DNA of 64,000 nucleotides from Schmidtea nova (lineage: Eukaryota): assembly GCA_044892505.1 (NCBI GenBank), contig CM097884.1:29698001-29762000 (forward strand). Direction: 5' to 3'. Shown here in pieces: positions 12,001 through 24,000 of this stretch (position 1 is its first letter; the number at the start of each line of letters is the position of its first letter). A program made the translations under genes and the position numbers. The notes under the pieces were generated by a model. It was not told the DNA's origin, ran no database searches, and saw nothing but the letters and a program-made list of their open reading frames with translations.

Positions 12001-15000
12001 TTGAAATACAATTCGAAGAAACAAAGTCTCGCAACATAGAATCTGGCTACGAAATCAAGTCAACAATGAAAGAATGTTACAGCGAAACAGAGGTAAATAA
12101 AATGAATTCAGTTTTACAAAAAATGTCACTTAATCACTGCCTAAAATCTATTATGATGTCTTTAAAGATAAATACTGTTTTGAAACCTTTATCATAATCT
12201 TTTATTTTAAATTCATATTTTAACATAGTTTATTTGTTAACCTCTTCATTGCATTATTATTTCTTAGATTTATTAATTTACAAAATATTTCGAGTCATTT
12301 TTAGAACTGTTTTCTTGTGTTTAGATTAAATCTGAAAACATTGCAACTGAAACTGGAATAACAGAATTGATACATACGAGCTTGGAAAAAGATACAAAAG
12401 CTTCAAATAAGTTAACTGACTATAGAGCAGAGGCCATTGACATGAGCAGTGAATCATTCAAAGATAGTGAAATTGTAGAAGTTTCTTTCGAAAAACTCAA
12501 AGACACAGCTGACTTCGGTAGTAGTGTAGAAAGTAAAATGATTGAAGTAGGAACAGAAACTTTCGGAGAAAAGCATAATGTATTCATCGATAAGCTTACA
12601 AGTCATGAAGCTGAAATTAAATTCGAAGAAACATTGACTGAGTTCATGTGTGAGTCGGTAAATAGTGAAAGCAGTTTTGAATGCAAATCAATTGAAGAAA
12701 CCTGGAGTCAAGTTGGTGCAAAGGCAGTTGAAGTTGGTTCAGAATTCAGAAGCGTGATTGTAGAATGTTCAAGTGAATATACAATTAGTATGAGAGAAAG
12801 TCAGGTAGACCAAGCAATAGCAACTGAAGAAGTCGGTGTAATGACAGTAGAATTAGTAGTGATAGATGAGTCATCGGTGTTTGAATTGAGGTGCTGCACA
12901 GTTGAATGTGAAACTGTAGAAATCGTAGAAGAAATAATTCCTTTAGAGGCAAAGGAAGAGGAATCAGAAAGATTGTTAATTGAGAATGAAAGTGTAAGCT
13001 GGGAGATTCCAATGCTAGATATTGCTACTACAACAGTTAAGCCGACATTAGAAGATATTAGCACAGAAAAAGTTATTGAGCATGTTGAATATAGTGGTGA
13101 ATGGTGCCGAGAAATTAAGCATGAAAGTGAAATGTTTGAAACAGAGAAATCAGGTTACTCAACAACGATCGTATCATCAGATGAAGACATTAAATATTGC
13201 TCAGTTGAAATACAATTCGAAGAAACAAAGTCTCGCAACATAGAATCTGGCTACGAAATCAAGTCAACAATGAAAGAATGTTACAGCGAAACAGAGGTAA
13301 ATAAAATGAATTCAGTTTTACAAAAAATGTCACTTAATCACTGCCTAAAATCTATTATGATGTCTTTAAAGATAAATACTGTTTTGAAACCTTTATCATA
13401 ATCTTTTATTTTAAATTCATATTTTAACATAGTTTATTTGTTAACCTCTTCATTGCATTATTATTTCTTAGATTTATTAATTTACAAAATATTTCGAGTC
13501 ATTTTTAGAACTGTTTTCTTGTGTTTAGATTAAATCTGAAAACATTGCAACTGAAACTGGAATAACAGAATTGATACATACGAGCTTGGAAAAAGATACA
13601 AAAGCTTCAAATAAGTTAACTGACTATAGAGCAGAGGCCATTGACATGAGCAGTGAATCATTCAAAGATAGTGAAATTGTAGAAGTTTCTTTCGAAAAAC
13701 TCAAAGACACAGCTGACTTCGGTAGTAGTGTAGAAAGTAAAATGATTGAAGTAGGAACAGAAACTTTCGGAGAAAAGCATAATGTATTCATCGATAAGCT
13801 TACAAGTCATGAAGCTGAAATTAAATTCGAAGAAACATTGACTGAGTTCATGTGTGAGTCGGTAAATAGTGAAAGCAGTTTTGAATGCAAATCAATTGAA
13901 GAAACCTGGAGTCAAGTTGGTGCAAAGGCAGTTGAAGTTGGTTCAGAATTCAGAAGCGTGATTGTAGAATGTTCAAGTGAATATACAATTAGTATGAGAG
14001 AAAGTCAGGTAGACCAAGCAATAGCAACTGAAGAAGTCGGTGTAATGACAGTAGAATTAGTAGTGATAGATGAGTCATCGGTGTTTGAATTGAGGTGCTG
14101 CACAGTTGAATGTGAAACTGTAGAAATCGTAGAAGAAATAATTCCTTTAGAGGCAAAGGAAGAGGAATCAGAAAGATTGTTAATTGAGAATGAAAGTGTA
14201 AGCTGGGAGATTCCAATGCTAGATATTGCTACTACAACAGTTAAGCCGACATTAGAAGATATTAGCACAGAAAAAGTTATTGAGCATGTTGAATATAGTG
14301 GTGAATGGTGCCGAGAAATTAAGCATGAAAGTGAAATGTTTGAAACAGAGAAATCAGGTTACTCAACAACGATCGTATCATCAGATGAAGACATTAAATA
14401 TTGCTCAGTTGAAATACAATTCGAAGAAACAAAGTCTCGCAACATAGAATCTGGCTACGAAATCAAGTCAACAATGAAAGAATGTTACAGCGAAACAGAG
14501 GTAAATAAAATGAATTCAGTTTTACAAAAAATGTCACTTAATCACTGCCTAAAATCTATTATGATGTCTTTAAAGATAAATACTGTTTTGAAACCTTTAT
14601 CATAATCTTTTATTTTAAATTCATATTTTAACATAGTTTTTTTGTTAACCTCTTCATTGCATTATTATTTCTTAGATTTATTAATTTACAAAATATTTCG
14701 AGTCATTTTTAGAACTGTTTTCTTGTGTTTAGATTAAATCTGAAAACATTGCAACTGAAACTGGAATAACAGAATTGATACATACGAGCTTGGAAAAAGA
14801 TACAAAAGCTTCAAATAAGTTAACTGACTATAGAGCAGAGGCCATTGACATGAGCAGTGAATCATTCAAAGATAGTGAAATTGTAGAAGTTTCTTTCGAA
14901 AAACTCAAAGACACAGCTGACTTCGGTAGTAGTGTAGAAAGTAAAATGATTGAAGTAGGAACAGAAACTTTCGGAGAAAAGCATAATGTATTCATCGATA

Positions 15001-18000
15001 CGCTTACAAGTCATGAAGCTGAAATTAAATTCGAAGAAACATTGACTGAATTCATGTGTGAGTCGGTAAATAGTGAAAGCAGTTTTGAATGCAAATCAAT
15101 TGAAGAAACCTGGAGTCAAGTTGGTGCAAAGGCAGTTGAAGTTGGTTCAGAATTCAGAAGCGTGATTGTAGAATGTTCAAGTGAATATACAATTAGTATG
15201 AGAGAAAGTCAGGTAGACCAAGCAATAGCAACTGAAGAAGTCGGTGTAATGACAGTAGAATTAGTAGTGATAGATGAGTCATCGGTGTTTGAATTGAGGT
15301 GCTGCACAGTTGAATGTGAAACTGTAGAAATCGTAGAAGAAATAATTCCTTTAGAGGCAAAGGAAGAGGAATCAGAAAGATTGTTAATTGAGAATGAAAG
15401 TGTAAGCTGGGAGATTCCAATGCTAGATATTGCTACTACAACAGTTAAGCCGACATTAGAAGATATTAGCACAGAAAAAGTTATTGAGCATGTTGAATAT
15501 AGCAGTGAATGGTGCCGAGAAATTAAGCATGAAAGTGAAATGTTTGAAACAGAGAAATCAGGTTACTCAACAACGATCGTATCATCAGATGAAGACATTA
15601 AATATTGCTCAGTTGAAATACAATTCGAAGAAACAAAGTCTCGCAACATAGAATCTGGCTACGAAATCAAGTCAACAATGAAAGAATGTTACAGCGAAAC
15701 AGAGGTAAATAAAATGAATTCAGTTTTACAAAAAATGTCACTTAATCACTGCCTAAAATCTATTATGATGTCTTTAAAGATAAATACTGTTTTGAAACCT
15801 TTATCATAATCTTTTATTTTAAATTCATATTTTAACATAGTTTATTTGTTAACCTCTTCATTGCATTATTATTTCTTAGATTTATTAATTTACAAAATAT
15901 TTCGAGTCATTTTTAGAACTGTTTTCTTGTGTTTAGATTAAATCTGAAAACATTGCAACTGAAACTGGAATAACAGAATTGATACATACGAGCTTGGAAA
16001 AAGATACAAAAGCTTCAAATAAGTTAACTGACTATAGAGCAGAGGCCATTGACATGAGCAGTGAATCATTCAAAGATAGTGAAATTGTAGAAGTTTCTTT
16101 CGAAAAACTCAAAGACACAGCTGACTTCGGTAGTAGTGTAGAAAGTAAAATGATTGAAGTAGGAACAGAAACTTTCGGAGAAAAGCATAATGTATTCATC
16201 GATACGCTTACAAGTCATGAAGCTGAAATTAAATTCGAAGAAACATTGACTGAGTTCATGTGTGAGTCGGTAAATAGTGAAAGCAGTTTTGAATGCAAAT
16301 CAATTGAAGAAACCTGGAGTCAAGTTGGTGCAAAGGCAGTTGAAGTTGGTTCAGAATTCAGAAGCGTGATTGTAGAATGTTCAAGTGAATATACAATTAG
16401 TATGAGAGAAAGTCAGGTAGACCAAGCAATAGCAACTGAAGAAGTCGGTGTAATGACAGTAGAATTAGTAGTGATAGATGAGTCATCGGTGTTTGAATTG
16501 AGGTGCTGCACAGTTGAATGTGAAACTGTAGAAATCGTAGAAGAAATAATTCCTTTAGAGGCAAAGGAAGAGGAATCAGAAAGATTGTTAATTGAGAATG
16601 AAAGTGTAAGCTGGGAGATTCCAATGCTAGATATTGCTACTACAACAGTTAAGCCGACATTAGAAGATATTAGCACAGAAAATGTAATTGAGCATGTTGA
16701 ATATAGTGGTGAATGGTGCCGAGAAATTAAGCATGAAAGTGAAATGTTTGAAACAGAGAAATCAGGTTATTCAACAACGATCGTATCATCAGATGAAGAC
16801 ATTAAATATTGCTCAGTTGAAATACAATTCGAAGAAACAAAGTCTCGCAACATAGAATCTGGCTACGAAATCAAGTCAACAATGAAAGAATGTTACAGCG
16901 AAACAGAGGTAAATAAAATGAATTCAGTTTTACAAAAAATGTCACTTAATCACTGCCTAAAATCTATTATGATGTCTTTAAAGATAAATACTGTTTTGAA
17001 ACCTTTATCATAATCTTTTATTTTAAATTCATATTTTAACATAGTTTATTTGTTAACCTCTTCATTGCATTATTATTTCTTAGATTTATTAATTTACAAA
17101 ATATTTCGAGTCATTTTTAGAACTGTTTTCTTGTGTTTAGATTAAATCTGAAAACATTGCAACTGAAACTGGAATAACAGAATTGATACATACGAGCTTG
17201 GAAAAAGATACAAAAGCTTCAAATAAGTTAACTGACTATAGAGCAGAGGCCATTGACATGAGCAGTGAATCATTCAAAGATAGTGAAATTGTAGAAATTT
17301 CTTTCGAAAAACTCAAAGACACAGCTGACTTCGGTAGTAGTGTAGAAAGTAAAATGATTGAAGTAGGAACAGAAACTTTCGGAGAAAAGCATAATGTATT
17401 CATCGATACGCTTACAAGTCATGAAGCTGAAATTAAATTCGAAGAAAAATTGACTGAGTTCATGTGTGAGTCGGTAAATAGTGAAAGCAGTTTTGAATGC
17501 AAATCAATTGAAGAAACCTGGAGTCAAGTTGGTGCAAAGGCAGTTGAAGTTGGTTCAGAATTCAGAAGCGTGATTGTAGAATGTTCAAGTGAATATACAA
17601 TTAGTATGAGAGAAAGTCAGGTAGACCAAGCAATAGCAACTGAAGAAGTCGGTGTAATGACAGTAGAATTAGTAGTGATAGATGAGTCATCGGTGTTTGA
17701 ATTGAGGTGCTGCACAGTTGAATGTGAAACTGTAGAAATCGTAGAAGAAATAATTCCTTTAGAGGCAAAGGAAGAGGAATCAGAAAGATTGTTAATTGAG
17801 AATGAAAGTGTAAGCTGGGAGATTCCAATGCTAGATATTGCTACTACAACAGTTAAGCCGACATTAGAAGATATTAGCACAGAAAATGTAATTGAGCATG
17901 TTGAATATAGTGGTGAATGGTGCCGAGAAATTAAGCATGAAAGTGAAATGTTTGAAACAGAGAAATCAGGTTACTCAACAACGATCGTATCATCAGATGA

Positions 18001-21000
18001 AGACATTAAATATTGCTCAGTTGAAATACAATTCGAAGAAACAAAGTCTCGCAACATAGAATCTGGCTACGAAATCAAGTCAACAATGAAAGAATGTTAC
18101 AGCGAAACAGAGGTAAATAAAATGAATTCATTTTTACAAATAATGTCACTTAATCACTGCCTAAAATCTATTATGATGTCTTTAAAGATAAATACTGTTT
18201 TGAAACCTTTATCATAATCTTTTATTTTAAATTCATATTTTAACATAGTTTATTTGTTAACCTCTTCATTGCATTATTATTTCTTAGATTTATTAATTTA
18301 CAAAATATTTCGAGTCATTTTTAGAACTGTTTTCTTGTGTTTAGATTAAATCTGAAAACATTGCAACTGAAACTGGAATAACAGAATTGATACATACGAG
18401 CTTGGAAAAAGATACAAAAGCTTCAAATAAGTTAACTGACTATAGAGCAGAGGCCATTGACATGAGCAGTGAATCATTCAAAGATAGTGAAATTGTAGAA
18501 ATTTCTTTCGAAAAACTCAAAGACACAGCTGACTTCGGTAGTAGTGTAGAAAGTAAAATGATTGAAGTAGGAACAGAAACTTTCGGAGAAAAGCATAATG
18601 TATTCATCGATACGCTTACAAGTCATGAAGCTGAAATTAAATTCGAAGAAACATTGACTGAGTTCATGTGTGAGTCGGTAAATAGTGAAAGCAGTTTTGA
18701 ATGCAAATCAATTGAAGAAACCTGGAGTCAAGTTGGTGCAAAGGCAGTTGAAGTTGGTTCAGAATTCAGAAGCGTGATTGTAGAATGTTCAAGTGAATAT
18801 ACAATTAGTATGAGAGAAAGTCAGGTAGACCAAGCAATAGCAACTGAAGAAGTCGGTGTAATGACAGTAGAATTAGTAGTGATAGATGAGTCATCGGTGT
18901 TTGAATTGAGGTGCTGCACAGTTGAATGTGAAACTGTAGAAATCGTAGAAGAAATAATTCCTTTAGAGGCAAAGGAAGAGGAATCAGAAAGATTGTTAAT
19001 TGAGAATGAAAGTGTAAGCTGGGAGATTCCAATGCTAGATATTGCTACTACAACAGTTAAGCCGACATTAGAAGATATTAGCACAGAAAATGTAATTGAG
19101 CATGTTGAATATAGTGGTGAATGGTGCCGAGAAATTAAGCATGAAAGTGAAATGTTTGAAACAGAGAAATCAGGTTACTCAACAACGATCGTATCATCAG
19201 ATGAAGACATTAAATATTGCTCAGTTGAAATACAATTCGAAGAAACAAAGTCTCGCAACATAGAATCTGGCTACGAAATCAAGTCAACAATGAAAGAATG
19301 TTACAGCGAAACAGAGGTAAATAAAATGAATTCAGTTTTACAAAAAATGTCACTTAATCACTGCCTAAAATCTATTATGATGTCTTTAAAGATAAATACT
19401 GTTTTGAAACCTTTATCATAATCTTTTATTTTAAATTCATATTTTAACATAGTTTATTTGTTAACCTCTTCATTGCATTATTATTTCTTAGATTTATTAA
19501 TTTACAAAATATTTCGAGTCATTTTTAGAACTGTTTTCTTGTGTTTAGATTAAATCTGAAAACATTGCAACTGAAACTGGAATAACAGAATTGATACATA
19601 CGAGCTTGGAAAAAGATACAAAAGCTTCAAATAAGTTAACTGACTATAGAGCAGAGGCCATTGACATGAGCAGTGAATCATTCAAAGATAGTGAAATTGT
19701 AGAAGTTTCTTTCGAAAAACTCAAAGACACAGCTGACTTCGGTAGTAGTGTAGAAAGTAAAATGATTGAAGTAGGAACAGAAACTTTCGGAGAAAAGCAT
19801 AATGTATTCATCGATACGCTTACAAGTCATGAAGCTGAAATTAAATTCGAAGAAACATTGACTGAGTTCATGTGTGAGTCGGTAAATAGTGAAAGCAGTT
19901 TTGAATGCAAATCAATTGAAGAAACCTGGAGTCAAGTTGGTGCAAAGGCAGTTGAAGTTGGTTCAGAATTCAGAAGCGTGATTGTAGAATGTTCAAGTGA
20001 ATATACAATTAGTATGAGAGAAAGTCAGGTAGACCAAGCAATAGCAACTGAAGAAGTCGGTGTAATGACAGTAGAATTAGTAGTGATAGATGAGTCATCG
20101 GTGTTTGAATTGAGGTGCTGCACAGTTGAATGTGAAACTGTAGAAATCGTAGAAGAAATAATTCCGTTAGAGGCAAAGGAAGAGGAATCAGAAAGATTGT
20201 TAATTGAGAATGAAAGTGTAAGCTGGGAGATTCCAATGCTAGATATTGCTACTACAACAGTTAAGCCGACATTAGAAGATATTAGCACAGAAAATGTAAT
20301 TGAGCATGTTGAATATAGTGGTGAATGGAGCCGAGAAATTAAGCATGAAAGTGAAATGTTTGAAACAGAGAAATCAGGTTACTCAACAACGATCGTATCA
20401 TCAGATGAAGACATTAAATATTGCTCAGTTGAAATACAATTCGAAGAAACAAAGTCTCGCAACATAGAATCTGGCTACGAAATCAAGTCAACAATGAAAG
20501 AATGTTACAGCGAAACAGAGGTAAATAAAATGAATTCAGTTTTACAAAAAATGTCACTTAATCACTGCCTAAAATCTATTATGATGTCTTTAAAGATAAA
20601 TACTGTTTTGAAACCTTTATCATAATCTTTTATTTTAAATTCATATTTTAACATAGTTTATTTGTTAACCTCTTCATTGCATTATTATTTCTTAGATTTA
20701 TTAATTTACAAAATATTTCGAGTCATTTTTAGAACTGTTTTCTTGTGTTTAGATTAAATCTGAAAACATTGCAACTGAAACTGGAATAACAGAATTGATA
20801 CATACGAGCTTGGAAAAAGATACAAAAGCTTCAAATAAGTTAACTGACTATAGAGCAGAGGCCATTGACATGAGCAGTGAATCATTCAAAGATAGTGAAA
20901 TTGTAGAAATTTCTTTCGAAAAACTCAAAGACACAGCTGACTTCGGTAGTAGTGTAGAAAGTAAAATGATTGAAGTAGGAACAGAAACTTTCGGAGAAAA

Positions 21001-24000
21001 GCATAATGTATTCATCGATACGCTTACAAGTCATGAAGCTGAAATTAAATTCGAAGAAACATTGACTGAGTTCATGTGTGAGTCGGTAAATAGTGAAAGC
21101 AGTTTTGAATGCAAATCAATTGAAGAAACCTGGAGTCAAGTTGGTGCAAAGGCAGTTGAAGTTGGTTCAGAATTCAGAAGCGTGATTGTAGAATGTTCAA
21201 GTGAATATACAATTAGTATGAGAGAAAGTCAGGTAGACCAAGCAATAGCAACTGAAGAAGTCGGTGTAATGACAGTAGAATTAGTAGTGATAGATGAGTC
21301 ATCGGTGTTTGAATTGAGGTGCTGCACAGTTGAATGTGAAACTGTAGAAATCGTAGAAGAAATAATTCCTTTAGAGGCAAAGGAAGAGGAATCAGAAAGA
21401 TTGTTAATTGAGAATGAAAGTGTAAGCTGGGAGATTCCAATGCTAGATATTGCTACTACAACAGTTAAGCCGACATTAGAAGATATTAGCACAGAAAATG
21501 TAATTGAGCATGTTGAATATAGTGGTGAATGGTGCCGAGAAATTAAGCATGAAAGTGAAAGGTTTGAAACAGAGAAATCAGGTTACTCAACAACGATCGT
21601 ATCATCAGATGAAGACATTAAATATTGCTCAGTTGAAATACAATTCGAAGAAACAAAGTCTCGCAACATAGAATCTGGCTACGAAATCAAGTCAACAATG
21701 AAAGAATGTTACAGCGAAACAGAGGTAAATAAAATGAATTCAGTTTTACAAAAAATGTCACTTAATCACTGCCTAAAATCTATTATGATGTCTTTAAAGA
21801 TAAATACTGTTTTGAAACCTTTATCATAATCTTTTATTTTAAATTCATATTTTAACATAGTTTATTTGTTAACCTCTTCATTGCATTATTATTTCTTAGA
21901 TTTATTAATTTACAAAATATTTCGAGTCATTTTTAGAACTGTTTTCTTGTGTTTAGATTAAATCTGAAAACATTGCAACTGAAACTGGAATAACAGAATT
22001 GATACATACGAGCTTGGAAAAAGATACAAAAGCTTCAAATAAGTTAACTGACTATAGAGCAGAGGCCATTGACATGAGCAGTGAATCATTCAAAGATAGT
22101 GAAATTGTAGAAATTTCTTTCGAAAAACTCAAAGACACAGCTGACTTCGGTAGTAGTGTAGAAAGTAAAATGATTGAAGTAGGAACAGAAACTTTCGGAG
22201 AAAAGCATAATGTATTCATCGATACGCTTACAAGTCATGAAGCTGAAATTAAATTCGAAGAAACATTGACTGAGTTCATGTGTGAGTCGGTAAATAGTGA
22301 AAGCAGTTTTGAATGCAAATCAATTGAAGAAACCTGGAGTCAAGTTGGTGCAAAGGCAGTTGAAGTTGGTTCAGAATTCAGAAGCGTGATTGTAGAATGT
22401 TCAAGTGAATATACAATTAGTATGAGAGAAAGTCAGGTAGACCAAGCAATAGCAACTGAAGAAGTCGGTGTAATGACAGTAGAATTAGTAGTGATAGATG
22501 AGTCATCGGTGTTTGAATTGAGGTGCTGCACAGTTGAATGTGAAACTGTAGAAATCGTAGAAGAAATAATTCCTTTAGAGGCAAAGGAAGAGGAATCAGA
22601 AAGATTGTTAATTGAGAATGAAAGTGTAAGCTGGGAGATTCCAATGCTAGATATTGCTACTACAACAGTTAAGCCGACATTAGAAGATATTAGCACAGAA
22701 AATGTAATTGAGCATGTTGAATATAGTGGTGAATGGTGCCGAGAAATTAAGCATGAAAGTGAAATGTTTGAAACAGAGAAATCAGGTTACTCAACAACGA
22801 TCGTATCATCAGATGAAGACATTAAATATTGCTCAGTTGAAATACAATTCGAAGAAACAAAGTCTCGCAACATAGAATCTGGCTACGAAATCAAGTCAAC
22901 AATGAAAGAATGTTACAGCGAAACAGAGGTAAATAAAATGAATTCATTTTTACAAATAATGTCACTTAATCACTGCCTAAAATCTATTATGATGTCTTTA
23001 AAGATAAATACTGTTTTGAAACCTTTATCATAATCTTTTATTTTAAATTCATATTTTAACATAGTTTATTTGTTAACCTCTTCATTGCATTATTATTTCT
23101 TAGATTTATTAATTTACAAAATATTTCGAGTCATTTTTAGAACTGTTTTCTTGTGTTTAGATTAAATCTGAAAACATTGCAACTGAAACTGGAATAACAG
23201 AATTGATACATACGAGCTTGGAAAAAGATACAAAAGCTTCAAATAAGTTAACTGGCTATAGAGCAGAGGCCATTGACATGAGCAGTGAATCATTCAAAGA
23301 TAGTGAAATTGTAGAAGTTTCTTTCGAAAAACTCAAAGACACAGCTGACTTCGGTAGTAGTGTAGAAAGTAAAATGATTGAAGTAGGAACAGAAACTTTC
23401 GGAGAAAAGCATAATGTATTCATCGATACGCTTACAAGTCATGAAGCTGAAATTAAATTCGAAGAAACTTTGACTGAGTTCATGTGTGAGACGGTAAATA
23501 GTGAAAGCAGTTTTGAATGCAAATCAGTTGAAGAAAGCTGGAGTCAAGTTGGTGCAAAGGCAGTTGAAGTTGGTTCAGAATTCAGAAGCGTGATTGTAGA
23601 ATGTTCAAGTGAATATACAATTAGTATGAGAGAAAGTCACGTAGACCAAGCAATAGAAACTGAAGAAGTCGGTGTAATGACAGTAGGATTGATAGTGATA
23701 GATGAGTCATCGGTGTTTGAATTGAGGTGCTGCACAGTTGAATGTGAAACTGTAGAAATCGTAGAAGAAATAATTCCTTTAGAGGCAAAGGAAGAGGAAT
23801 CAGAAAGATTGTTAATTGAGAATGAAAGTGTAAGCTGGGAGATTCCAATGCTAGATATTGCTACTACAACAGTTAAGCCGACATTAGAAGATATTAGCAC
23901 AGAAAATGTAATTGAGCATGTTGAATATAGTGGTGAATGGTGCCGAGAAATTAAGCATGAAAGTGAAATGTTTGAAACAGAGAAATCAGTTTACTCAACA

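Larger units (their letters stand above)
1..23160 (+). repeat. Subfamily A block (units 0-19)
   Basis: Diagnostic alleles DTADFGSS, CESV, SIEETW, AIAT, VELVV, KSGY, TIVSS; intron core TCTTTTATTTTAAATTC; all units 1204 bp. Confidence 0.95.
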